Translations under genes and position numbers: made by a program
Source: Callorhinchus milii
Lineage: Eukaryota
Direction: 5' to 3'
Assembly: GCF_018977255.1 (NCBI RefSeq)
Contig: NW_024704743.1
Coordinates: 1,674,001-1,738,000 of the forward strand
Length of the DNA stretch: 64,000 nucleotides
The notes under the pieces: model-generated
Databases searched by the model: none
The model's input: only the letters and a program-made list of their open reading frames with translations
What the model was told of the DNA's origin: nothing
Shown: positions 38,821 through 51,405 of the stretch, one piece after another
Layout of the letters: the number at the start of each line of letters is the position of its first letter
Position numbering within the stretch: the first letter of the stretch is position 1

Positions 38821-39250
38821 CAGGGCTATGGGAAGAGAGCAGGGGAGTAGGGTTGATCAGGGCTATGGGGAGAGAGCGGGGGAGTGGGGTTGATCAGGGC
38901 TATGGGGAGAGAGCGGGGGAGTGGGGTTGATCAGGGCTATGGGGAGAGAGTGGGGGAGTGGGGTTGATCAGGGCTATGGGGAGAGTGCGGGGGAGTGGGG
39001 TTGATCGGGGCTATGGGGAGAGAGCGGGGGGAGTGGGGTTGATCGGGGCTATGGGGAGAGAGCGGGGGAGTGGGGTTGATCGGGGCTATGGGGAGAGAGC
39101 GGGGGGAGTGGGGTTGATCAGGGCTATGGGGAGAGCGCGGGGGAGTGGGGTTGATCAGGGCTATGGGGAGAGAGCGGGGGAGTGGGGTTGATCGGGGCTA
39201 TGGGGAGGGAGTGGGGTTGATCGGGGCTATGGGGAGGGAGTGGGGTTGAT
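38821..39250 (+). repeat. 37-38 bp G-rich minisatellite, 10 full and 2 short (29 bp) units
   Basis: Unit CRGGGCTATGGGGAGAGAGCGGGGGAGTGGGGTTGAT. Confidence 0.95.
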
Positions 39251-40089
39251 CATGAGGAACAGCACACGTGACAGTGCGGGGGGTGGGAGGAGAAGCTGTT
39301 CGAAGAGACAAAGTGCAGAAGGGATTATATAGTGTGTTGTATGTGGTTATGGCCTCTGACATTTAGAATTCGCTTAAGTGAGTTGGGGTTGTGCCGAATG
39401 CTTCACTCTCTGCCTTATCCCTTGTGGCGGGTGGTAATGTTTGCCCAACCGTCCAAACACCACCTCCATTCTCGATTCCTCTCGCGGATACGTATCGATT
39501 TGCCTTCTTGTCTTACTCTGATGGTCGTCTACCATTCGGAAGAATAGCTGTTAGATGAGTGTCATTGAGGAAAGCTTCACGCTAATGAAGTCGAGGCTCC
39601 CAATCTTCGTGTCCCTCGCTACGGGTTCGAAGACGAAGACCGCGTCGTGTTGCGGGATTCGGCAGTTCCCATTCCAGCGTCCTCGGGATTTTCCGGATCG
39701 ATTCTGTTCATTTGGCGAAGAATGACGCCAGTTTTTTTTCTGATGTCGTGAGAGGTTCAGCATCTCTGCCCCCGGACTCTGGAATTCGTATCCCGCGATC
39801 CCTCCGCCTCACCCCCTCTCTTTGCCTCCTTCAAGTCCCTTCTTAAGGACCTTCCTCTTCGACCGTGTGTTCGGGCCACCCTCCCGCGCCCCCTCCACCC
39901 AGCGCTCTCCACCCCTCCTGACCCCCAAACTCCCAGCTCGGCTCCAAATACCCCTGGACAACTGAGACCGCCACAGAGGGTTGACTTCATTTTACCGTTG
40001 CGTTGCCGAGTGCGTCACCTTGGAGCCAGTTCAGCTCGAAGGAGACCCGAGTTACCTCTCTCTGAAATTGTTCAAAAGGTTTCCGCATC

Positions 40090-40393
40090 ATCCACAAGTT
40101 TCCTTACTCCACACATACGCACTCTGTTAACCAACAGTAAATAGGAACCCGGTTGTTAGTCGATTGGCCGATCGCTTTTCCCGGGGGTTACAATCCCTTC
40201 AAACAAATAAAAAAATAATTTGGTCGCTTTAACCCGCGGCTGTTTGTGGGGGACGTTGCTGCGCGCAATTGGCTGCCGCGTTTCGCCCACGAAACACACA
40301 GTCAATTCACTTTACAGTATATTCTGTGAAGCGCTTTGAGTCGTCTTGAAGACGGGATAGGGGGCCGTGTCAATTGCCAGGAGTATTATTATT
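40090..40393 (+). mobile_element. Family A SINE, 5'-truncated
   Basis: Starts at CAAGTTTCCTTACTCCAC; full body and tail. Confidence 0.85.
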
Positions 40394-43261
40394 CTGTGTC
40401 ATCATTTTTTGTAATCTGATATGATTTCCTCTGTCTCCCTCAACCCCCTTCCTTCCCAATTACTTCCACCAACCTCCCTGCTTCGCAACATCCGAATTGA
40501 TTCCCAAGTTAATCATCCGAGGCTGCTGTGTCCACATTCGCACAGGCCTTCATGTGAGGAAATACTACCCGAATCTGCTTCTAATGAGCTTGGCTCCAAT
40601 ATAGAGATCATTTCCCAAGTGCTTGAGAGCGTGGTATCTGGTGAAGCTCCCACTTAAACACATATTGCTATAACAGTACCATGGGATAGCAACTATTCAC
40701 CTAATAATTTAATACTTTGCTTCAGCTCTTCACGGTGCAGGTGTATTTAACACCAGTGACATAAGGAAGTCTTGTGAAGGATATACAGATATACTTTATA
40801 TTGTTTCACCCACGAAATCTACAGTCCATTCCCTTTACAGCGTGTCCTGTGAAGCGCTTTGAGACGTCTCGAAGCCGTGATAAGGCACTGTATCAAATGC
40901 CAGGATTGTTATTATATAAGTCCTTAATACAGTATTGTAAAGGAAATTATCTAAAGGCGATGAAACATAACTAACACTTGTATTTGATATCGCGCCCTAT
41001 GTGAACATCTGGAAGTGTTTCATTCGCAAAGTTTAAGTGAAGTGTATTTTGTAGGTGAACTTGGCGGTTAGTTTGGTCTCAACAACATCCCTACAAACCG
41101 CCATGAAGGACACTGGTGGGGGTGGGTGGGGTGGGGTGGGGGAGAGAAATGCTCTTCTCTTTTAGACAGTGCCGTAGGATTTTTAACATCTACCGGAACA
41201 GAGAGTTGAGACCTTGGTTTAATGTTTCATCCGAAGGACAGCACCTCTGACGAGACAATAAACCACCCCCCCCCCCCACCCAGTACCGCCCTGCGCCTCA
41301 GCCTAGACTCAATTCAAAGCGTCTCAAAGTGCTTCCCAGGATACACAGTAAAGCGTAGTGACTGCGTGTTTCGTGGGCGAAACGCGGCCGCCGATTGCGC
41401 GCAAGATTGACAAAGCGGTCGGACTAGAATCAGACACGTCCCACGCCCAGATGATTTCCACCTGGGTACGTTAATAGAAGCCGGCGAATAAATTGTTGGT
41501 GCTTTAATGATATGGTTTTAATGATGGAGGAACGCAACGACTGCGAGACCGTTATTCAGGAACGCGAGGGGTGGCGGGGTGGGGGGGAAAGTAACTGCAG
41601 TGTAGGCTGTGGGCAAATTACCCGTATCGATCATTGGGGGACAGTGTCTGGGTAAACACAAACAAACATCACTTGAGAGACGCTCCATCAATTTGCAAGG
41701 ATTATTTCTTAGTATTATTACGGGGAAAACCATCCAGGCGTGCGTGGGACTTATCTATTTTTACCGCGAGCGGTTTATGAGTGTGTCATTTATTTGGTAG
41801 CTGTTTGGTGGAAGATTATGGGTTCAAGCCCCCCCCCCCCACACACACACACACACACTCGGACTTGAAACGTGACAAGTCCAGGATGATATTCCTTTGC
41901 AGTGTGGGGCTGAGCGCTGCATATTTTCGCCCCGAACGCCTTTTTCTTCTGCACGTCCCCATCTATCTCGAAGCCTCTCTTCAGATCTCGGGTTAAGGCA
42001 GAATTATTTCCGCTGCGCCAATGGCCAGGGGGCGAGAATTATTATTTCATTCGTTTCTTTCGAGGATTAAACGAACGTTTCTGTTCTTGCGGGTGAAGCG
42101 TCTTGCTTCTCCATTAGGTAAATTGAGCAAATTCCTCTCCCCGTGTTCTCTACAATAAATGTAATGCAGTTGTAAAAGCACAATTTAATTGTACATTCAT
42201 AACATCCTGTTACTTATCATTTAAACTTGCATTGGGTCTGTTTATAAGTGCGCGGGGACAATATACTCAAATTATTGATGGAGGCAGAATGAAAGGTTGA
42301 ATCTTGCTGCCTGGAGTGGATGAAGTAGAACACGGTATTTTACTGCTGAATTTTTATGATCCTTGTGTTTGATGTCGCTCCTCGTCATGTCGTCAAGATG
42401 TCTCAAAGCGCGTCACGTGGTTTGTTTTAAAGTGCATCGACTGTGTATTTTGTGGGCGAACGTGGCAACCGATTTGCACATAGTGATGGCCCACAAACAG
42501 CCATGAAGTGAATGATCAATTATATCAGGCGGGGGGTGGGGTGGGGGGTTGGGGGGTGTGCGGGGAATTATTGACCAGGACACTGGAAGAACCTCCCTTC
42601 TCATGCTGCATAGTCATACAGATTTTTTATAATAACAAACCCGGCGTTTGACACGGCGCCTCATCACGTCTTCGAGACGTCTCAAAGCGCTGCACGGGAC
42701 ACGCTGTAAAGTGCAGTGACTGTGCGTTTTGTGGGCCATGATCTTACAGAAAGGCGGAACAGGCTCGAGGGGCTGAATGACCTCCCCCTGTTCCTGCGCG
42801 TCTTGAAATCTTAACCTTAAACCTATTTAGACCGTGTCTCGGTTCACACCCCCCCCCCCACCCCCACACCCTCTTCGCTGGGAGTCAAACCCCGCAGCGT
42901 TCTGAGATGTTGTCCTGTGCGAAGGGCTGTGTAGAAAGATGAGTGGCGGAGCCGCTGAATCTGCACTACACTCACTCTGCGCTGTGTGTGTGTGTGTAAA
43001 AAAAAATCTTCTTCAGGCATCAGAAAAAAACTAGCGTCATTCTCGGCCAAATAATCATGTTTTTTTTTTTTTAACTCTGATTTCCAGTTTCCCTTGCATT
43101 TACTTCACATAAATAACCTTGATTAATTATTCAAGAATGCCAACTTAATATGGTTAAACGTTAAGAATCAACTGCAAGCTTTGCAGAGATGCCATCAGGG
43201 ATAAGAGGCTTTAAATCCAAATAAACTGTGGCAGCTTTTCTGTGGAACAGAGAAGACTTTG

Positions 43262-43400
43262 AGAGGCAAAGTACTGCAGAGGCTGCGAATCCGGTATCCG
43301 CACAGAAGTCGCTGGGAAACACGCAACAGGTCAGGCAGCATCTACGGAGAGAGAGGAAAACGAGTTCACCTTTCAGGCCCCGGACCCTTTTCGTCAGAAG
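43262..43400 (-). mobile_element. Penelope-like terminal repeat relic with a decayed minimal hammerhead motif
   Basis: Minus strand CTGACGA-AAA-GGGTC-CGG-GGCCT-GAAA; homologous to 44270-44390. Confidence 0.6.
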
Positions 43401-44269
43401 ACTGAGAGGGTCGAGGGGCTTCGAGCCGTCCTCTCGCCATGAAAGGGTTTCGCAAGGGCGTTAAACTTGAAAGCTTATTTGCGTGACGTAAACTGAGAGA
43501 ATTCATTGTTTGCAGTGGGTCGACGAGTCAGCAGAGAGAATTTAAAATAATTGCTTTAGATTTCAAGTAATTTTCCCAGCGAGAGAGAGGGAGAGAGTAG
43601 GGAGAGAGGTGAGGAGACATTATAATAGAGAGGCATCCGGAGGCATTGGATTGCTCTATAACTTGGGTTTCTGTGATTAAGGCGACTTCTCCAACCACTG
43701 AGCTACAGGACTCCGCGTTTTGTGGGCGAAACGCAAAGGATCCGGAAAGGAGTCACATAAAAATGGTTTTGGGGTGAGGGGGAATGGGGGAAGAAGAGAA
43801 AGGTGGGATTAAGTGGGATTAAACGGATAGCTCATTCGTGGAGAAGCACAGACGTGAAGGGCTGAATGGCCTCCTTCTGTGCTGGCCCTATAAATTTTCC
43901 GCAGTTCTAAGGATACACGATGGTCTGCGTGTGTTTACAGGGGAGGTAATTGTTGACCTCTGTGCCTTGCCTAATAATTAAAGTGTTGTGACTAGTAAAG
44001 TGCTATTAATTTATAGTCGGTCGCGAGCCTGAAATAAATCTGAAAGGGACAGTAATTAGTATTGATCCAGATCCAGATTGCCGGGTAAAGTGATGGTTGT
44101 GGTTTAAGTCCCATTTCAGAACACTTGTAGGCACTTTTTAAAAGAGAAAAAAATAAGTGCGTGTGTGTGTGTGTGTGTGGGACGGACACTGGGACGGACA
44201 CTGGGACGGACACTGGGAGAAACTGCCTTCCATCCTTTTGGAAAGGACTCCTAACGTCCAACTAAACAA

Positions 44270-44390
44270 AAGGCAAAACACTGCTGGAAATCTGGTATAA
44301 AGGCCGAAGTGGCCGAGAACAGGCAAGTAGGTCAGGCAGCATCCATGGAGAGAGGAAAATGGGTTAACGTTTCAGGTCTATGGCCTTTCG
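44270..44390 (-). mobile_element. Second Penelope-like repeat relic with the hammerhead 3' half
   Basis: Minus strand CGA-A-AGGCC-ATA-GACCT-GAAACGTTAAC; shares AGGTCAGGCAGCATC...GGAGAGAG with the first copy. Confidence 0.6.
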
Positions 44391-44392
44391 AG

Positions 44393-44502
44393 GTGGGCGG
44401 GCGGCCGGGCGGGCGGGCGGGTGGGCGGGCAGGCGGGCGGCAGGTGGGCGGGCAGGCGGGCGGCCGGGCAGGCGGGCGGGCAGGCGGGCGGCCGGGCAGG
44501 CG
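44393..44502 (+). repeat. (GGCG/GGCA)n GC-rich microsatellite
   Basis: Read directly. Confidence 0.9.
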
Positions 44503-45816
44503 GGATCTCAGTTCAATGTCTCATTCGAAGTACAGCAACTCCCAACCACACAGCACTGCCCCAGCATTGTGTTGGGATGTCAGTCTAGATTATAATAGTC
44601 ATATTAATAATACTAGTCATAATATTAGTAATGGCAAGTATATAATAATACTATCACGATAGTAATAATAGTAGTAGGATTATACATGCAAGGATTATTA
44701 TTAATTATAATTGTTATCGTAATTATTGTCGTAATTAATGCTATTACTACTGTCATTACTACTACTATTATTATACTCTTATAGTCCAGTTGCTGGGCTT
44801 GAACTTACAACCTCCTGTCTGCACAACCTCCTGTCTCCGAGGCTGTTGAAACGAACGGCAAATTCAGCTCCTGAAGGAAGGAGTGATGCTTCAACAACAA
44901 ACTAAGATAAGCCTCTCAGGCGTGAAGTGACACCAATAGCAGGTTTGCGCCTTGTCCGGCTTGTACAGTTTCCCCGCATGACCGACCCATACCTCAGGAC
45001 AGACACAGGTGAGCTCCGCTCCGAGGCAAACAGATGGTGATTTTGTCTCCCGACAAGAGAACGATAACTAACTGGAAACAACTCTGCCTTTAACCGCGAT
45101 GGAGCCAATTACCGGCTGTGTCTGTGTCTTTGAAGCGCTCCGAGTTATCCTTCAGTTCTCCTGGAGACCCACCATCAGCGGGCGGTGCTGCCTCTCTGCC
45201 CCCACCCTTTCGGAACTCCATCCCAAAGTCCCATCCCTTTGCCACCCTTCCCGAGGTGTGAAAAGCGGCGTTAAAAAAAAAACATACAGCCAATTCCCGT
45301 TACGGTCTATTCCGTGAAGCGCTTTGAGACGTCTTGAAGACGTGACGAGGCGCTGGATCGAATGCCAGGATTATTATTATTGTTGTTGTCGTATTCTTAT
45401 AGTTGTTGTCATTTATTGTTCTTGTTATTATAATAAGTGTAAATTTGTGGCTGCGAAACAAAGTGAAGCATTTGTTAGACTCCTCGAAAGGCTGGTTTTA
45501 CCTTTTTTTTTTTACCTCTTCGCCTCTCGGTTATAACTCCGGGGGTCGAACTTGGAAGCGAGGCGTCCCTGCGTGTGGATGACGGCAGTGTGTGTACTTC
45601 CTCGTCCAATTAAACCTCAAACTCCAACTCAAACTCGCCGGTTCCTTTCGAAGAGCCTTGAATTTTTCAGATGGTTAATGTCTCAGGCACTCGGGAGCCA
45701 TGGGAACGTTACAGGGCCAAAGCCATTAGAGGACGTTGTTTGTAAGGACAAGGTATTTATCCGCCCTCCTACGCCAAACCTTTTACCCATTACGCCTTTC
45801 AAAATATCTGCCTCCT

Positions 45817-45852
<36 letters not shown>

Positions 45853-46994
45853 GAGAGCTTAATCTAGATCCTGCCTCATTCGGCACGGCATTCCACCGCT
45901 CGCCAGCAACAACAAAATTCCTCTTAATCTACCCCTGTTTTTTTTTTTTTCGCTCCCTTCTTAAGCTGTTTGGGGGGGGAGGCCGCTGCGCGCAACTGGC
46001 TGCCGCCTTTCACCCACAAAACACACAGTCACTCCGCTTCGCAGTGGAGCGCCTTGAGAGGTCTCGAAGACGTGGAAAACTCGACATCAAACGCCAGGAT
46101 TATCATCGTCATTATTTGATCCGAGCGGATCTGTTAATCCCACTCCCCCCAGTCATCATTCATATCGCTGAACGCCTCCGTTCCCGAATAAACCAATTCT
46201 CTCGTGCGATCCAACTTCTGAGCTCGTCAGAAAGTCTCAACGGGGCTACACAGAGTAATTATTTTGCGGGCAAAACGCGGCAGGCAGTTTGCACTTAGCA
46301 GCGTCCCTGGAACAGCCAATTACCGGTTTCATTTTAAATCGGGGAGATTGGGCATTCTAACCCCATAATAATAATAATAATAACAATCCCGGCATTTGAC
46401 ACAGCGCCTTATCACGTCTTCGAGACGTCTCAAAGCGCTTCACGGGACACACTGTCGAGTGAATTGACTGTGTATTTTGTTGGGGAATCACGGCGGCCGA
46501 TTGCGCACAGCAGCGTCGCCGCAAACAGCCGCGGGTTGAGTCACCAAATTATTATTATTTTTTTTGCGTCATTATGTGACTGTAATAATAATTCTTGTAT
46601 TTGATGCAGCTCCTCTCGCGTCGAGAGTGACACCTGGACGCGCTTCGCGGGATATACTGTAAAGCGTAGTGACCGTCTCCTTTGATGGCCGACGCTGCAA
46701 TTGGCGCACAGCGAGGTCGAGAAAAACACAGCCGTGAAGTGAATGTCTGGGTTTTCATGCAGGGGATTGTCAGCCTGGCCAAGGAACAGCGAGGGAAGTC
46801 AAGTTTGATAGACTGCAATTCTATTTTGCCGCTGAGAAGGTTTGGGAGAGTGTAACCAATGAGACGTTTTATTATTTCTACATAGACCCTTTGATCCCAA
46901 TTTCAGAGGAACAGCTTCCATCTGAACTGGAGTTCTGTGCCACCGCCTGTGTTGGTTTCACACAGCGCTCTCAAACAGAAGCGGAGACTGAAGT

Positions 46995-47705
46995 GGAGTT
47001 CCCTGTGTCTCAGGGGTTAGAGCCCTGGCCTCGCGAGCGAGAGGTCCGGGCGACACATTGGGCGAGTTTCCTCACTCCACACACACGCCTCACTGATTAC
47101 TGATTACTACTCGCTGATTACCAGCAGTGAGTAGGAACGATTGGCGGATTGCTTTCCGGGGAGAATAATCCCTTCAAAAAAAAACTAACAATAATAATTT
47201 GGTGACTCAATCCACGACTGTTTGTGGGGACGCTGCTGCGTGCAATTGGCTGCCGCGTTTCGCCCACAAAATATAATTTACAATATATTCTGTGAAGCGC
47301 TTTGAGACATCTGGAGTCCTGTAGCTCAGTGGTTAGAGCACTCGCTTTGCGAGTGAGAGACCTGAGTTCAATCCCAGGCAGAGGGCGAAACCTTGGGCAA
47401 GTTTCCTTACTCCACACAGAGCCTAATAATAATCCCTCAAAACCAAAAACAGTAATAAATTGGTCATTTTCAATCCACGACTGTTTGTGGGACATTGCTG
47501 TGCGCCATCGGCCGACGCATTCGCCCACAAATATACAGTCAATTCACTTTACAGTGTGTTCTGTGAAGCGCTTCGGGACGACCTCTCCCGACGTGAAAAG
47601 CGCTATATCAAATGCAAGGATTATTATTATTATTATCTCGAAGACGTGATAAGCACCGTATGGAAATGCCAGGATTATTATTATTATTATTATTATTATT
47701 ATCAT
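46995..47705 (+). mobile_element. Family A SINE with a second family A SINE (47313-47634) nested in its tail
   Basis: Host tail split at GAGACATCT|...|CGAAGACGTGATAAG; ATCT on both sides of the insert. Confidence 0.85.
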
Positions 47706-48239
47706 TAAGTCTGTCTGTAACGAGTTGGATTGCAAACCCAGTTTCCGGAAGTGAAGACACAAATGTTTTACACAACGTCGTACCTCTCAGGTGCCGTTCA
47801 GGCGAACCTTCTGGCGTTTCCTGTGTCGGCTCTCTGCTGTGACCCTCTCTGTATTGTGTGCCGACTGATTGAACCCTGGTTCAGTCAGGTCAGAATCCTG
47901 CCGTGAGGGTAATTTAATAAGCGTCAATAGCTCCGAGACGCGAAGGGAAACCATTTAGTGCTTGACAGATGAGTCAGAATGTTTCTACCGCGGCTGATTT
48001 CGCACGCGAGGCTTTCTTTTTTTAAGACGCGATAAATGCAAGCTTTACGTTTGATTATAAAAAAAATCTACTTCAAGGTCCTCACGCTCATTGACAAACC
48101 CATTCATGCCCTGACACCCCCTACCTGCGGAATCCTGTGGCTCAGTGGTTACAGCCCTCGCCTCACGAGCGAGAGGACCTGGGTTTGATTCCCGGGAGGG
48201 TCAGGGCGAAAAGTTGGGGGTCTCAAAGCGTCTTCGAGA

Positions 48240-48591
48240 CCACGTCTCAAAGCGCTTCACAAATACACTGTAACGTGAAGTGACTGTATATTTTGTGGGC
48301 GAAACGCGGCTGCCGATTGCGCACAGCGGTGTCCGCGCAAACAGCCGTGGGTTGAAGTGACCAAACTATTATTTTTTGTTGAAGGGATTATTACCCCCAG
48401 AAAAGTGATCCACCAATCATCTAACAACCGGGTTCCTACTGACTGCCGGTAAACAGAGGCGCGTGTGTGTGTGTGTGTGTGTGTGGAGTGAGGAAACTTG
48501 CCCAATGTCTCGCCCTGACCCGCCCGGGGATCGAACCCGGGTCCTCTCGCTCGCGAGGCGAGGGCTCTAATCACTGAGCTCCAGGGACTCC
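48240..48591 (-). mobile_element. Family A SINE, facing a + strand head fragment at 48129-48220
   Basis: A/B boxes, (CA)n, tail. Confidence 0.85.
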
Positions 48592-48773
48592 GACGATGGT
48601 GACTAACTCACAATAACCACTGCAATTACGGAAACTCAACGCCTTTATGCGTTGGTGACAGGATCTGAAATTCGCCCACGCGGGGGGTCAGCTCCTATTA
48701 TCTCTCGAGTGCTTCCCCGACGAGTCTCTCTGGTGGGCACCGAAATAAATTCTAACGTATGCAAATTGATGCC

Positions 48774-49615
48774 AGTTCATAGCTCGGTGGTTAGAGCGCT
48801 CGCCTCGCATGCAAGCGAGGAGGACCGGGGTTCAACTCCCGGGTGGGTCAGGTCAGGGCGAAATGTTGGGCAAGTTTCCTTACTCTACACTCACTCACTC
48901 ACACACACTCTCTCACTCACTCACTCACTCACACACACACACTCTCACTCACACACACACACACACACACTCACTCACTCACTCACTCACTCACTCACTC
49001 ACTCACTCACACACTCACTCACTCACTCACTCACACACTCACTCACTCACTCACTCACTCACACACACACACTCTCACTCACTCACTCACTCACTCACTC
49101 ACTCACTCACACACACACACACTCTCACTCACTCACTCACTCTCACTCACACACACACTCTCTCTCACTCATTCACACACACACACACACACTCTCTCAC
49201 TCACTCACACATTCTCTCACACATTCTCTCACTCACTCACACACATACTCACTCACTCACCCACACGCACACACACGCCTCTGTTTACCAGCAGTGAGCA
49301 GTAACCCGGTTGTTAGTCGATCGGCGGGTCAGTTTTTCCGGGGTGGAAGGTCGGGGAGGGGGGGGGGGGGGGTACTAGTCCCTTCCAAATAAATAATAAT
49401 AATTCGGTCGCTTCAATCCACGGCTGTTTGCGGGGACGCTGCCGTGCGCGATCGGCCGGCCGCCGGCTTTCGCCCGGGATAAACGTACGCAGCCACTCCA
49501 CTTTGCGGCGTACGGCGCGAAGCGCTGTGAGACAGACGTCTCTGATTAAGGCGCTGTATGAGATGCCAGGATTATTATTACTGTTATTGTTATTATTATT
49601 ATTATTATTATTGTT
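48774..49615 (+). mobile_element. Family A SINE with internal microsatellite expanded to ~390 bp
   Basis: Head and body flank (ACTC)n/(AC)n at 48887-49277. Confidence 0.9.
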
Positions 49616-51039
49616 AAAACATCTGTGTGCAGGTGCACGAGAACTGGCCGCCCTCTGGTGGTCACTCAGCGCCTGCTCGGGTCTGAGTTTATTCTCGCCG
49701 GGACTCGAGAGGTCTCGTTCGATTTGGACGCTCCTCAGGCACTCCGTGTCCGTCCAAAGGTCCGGAGCGAGAGAGACCTGGCTGACCGAGACAGTCCATT
49801 TTTATTTTTTTTTGCTGCTGAGTTCTGTTCAGCTCGAGGGTCTGCAGCGGAGATCAGAATCCTCCGCTGCGCTGCAGCAGAGTGTGTATCCGCGATCCTG
49901 ACCCATCATTTTATGGCCGGTCACTACGGGTTTTGTTAGTAATCCTGGCATTCGACACGGCGCCTTATCACGTGTGTGCGTGTGTGTGTGTGGAGTTGAG
50001 GAAACTTGAGAGTGAGAGAAGGCGCGGTCGGTCGAAGAGGAGGGTCTTGAGATGGACCTTGAAGGAGGCGAGGGAGGGAGGGAGGGAGGGAGGGGACGAG
50101 GTGGAGGGACTGTGAGATGGAGTTCTAGGGGCGTGAGGTGGTGGCGGGGGGGGGGGGGGTTGGCAGAGAGGCTGAAGGACTGATCGCCATACGGTGAACG
50201 TACCCAATTTAATTTAATCTGGGGGTGGGGTGGGATTGCTAGCCAGGCCATTGGACTTCCCTCCCCTCTACCTCTCTCCTTTTCCCTGCTCGGCATCCCT
50301 GGACCCCCACCCCGTCGCGCGAAGCAGTGTCAGACAACTCGCTGCTTGCGAGGCGTTGTGTGAACGTGACCTGTTGTTCCGGACAGTCTTTCCACTTCGC
50401 TGCAAGGGGATGAACCGTAGAGAGTCTTTACGGCACAGAAGGAGGCCATTCGGCCCCACCCTGGAATAAAGCCAAGGAACGAATTGTGCCTGTGCTGGAA
50501 CACAAACTGCCCCACTCCCACTCCCCACTCCCCACTCTCCCACCAACGACTCTCGTCTCGGTTCCCCTCCTTTGTCAATGGGATCGTGGAATTATTTTCA
50601 GGGCATCAGGAGGAGGCCATTCAGTCCTTTGGGCTTTGCTCTGTCTGTGAGAGACTGTCTGTGAGAGTTTGTGTCTCGTCTCATTTCCGTCTCCCCCCAA
50701 ACCCCCCCCCCACCACCCCCACTCCAATTCTTTATTATACGTTTCCTTTTCGTGTGGGTCCAATTCCTCCGCTTTAAGAAACTTCTCTCCTATACCCCCA
50801 TCTCTCTCCCCCACACTCTACTCCCCCCCACTCTCCTCCCCCCCACCTCTCTCCCCCCCCACTCTCCTCCCCCCCACCTCTCTCCTCCCGCCCCCTCCCC
50901 CGCTCTCCCCAATCTAAATTTAATCTGTTTCGTCGAGGACCGAGATTAAAAAAAAAATCAGTCGTCCACTCTCTGTGATAAAGGAGGAAAGACATGAGCG
51001 AAGCCATCGCTGTGTCTAAGCCTGAAAGTTCCTTCTATG

Positions 51040-51405
51040 CCACCGTTCCATGGAAATGCTCTCTTCCTAGAGGGACACATCCCGTTCACCTAATCCCGGA
51101 GAAGAATATTAGGCTCACGTTGGCAAGAGCCAAGGCTTGGGGTGGTGGGTGGGTGGGTGGGTGGGTGGGGGGGAGCCCAGAGTGTGCATTGAGGTAACCA
51201 CCTAAACCCGTGGAGTTTGGCCATTGATATCACTGTCTGGGAAACTTCTCACGCACATCCAGCTACGACTCCCCTCCCGTTAGGGCTTTGCCTGACAGGG
51301 TTAACAGGATCTGAGTGGGAAGTGTCTCTGCCCCCAGTGACTGGTCAACCACTCCCAACTGGTCCTACTGACAAGCCGGGTCTGAGCTGTGCTGTCATCA
51401 GCAGC
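51040..51405. repeat. Family C repeat (opposite orientation to 25235-25688)
   Basis: TTGGCAAGAGCCAAGG...CGTTAGGGCTTTG...CAGGGTTAACAGGA. Confidence 0.7.

Noticed and set aside
37939..39250. CRISPR-like arrays
   Set aside because: Contiguous tandem units without unique spacers, no cas genes, vertebrate context.
39511..39600. Possible minus-strand exon with a GTAAGA donor
   Set aside because: Peptide not recognisable, weak acceptor, no partner exons.
44868..44897. Third hammerhead-like relic CCTGAAGGAAGGAG...GCTTC
   Set aside because: Lacks the GAAA box and has an irregular core; too short to support.
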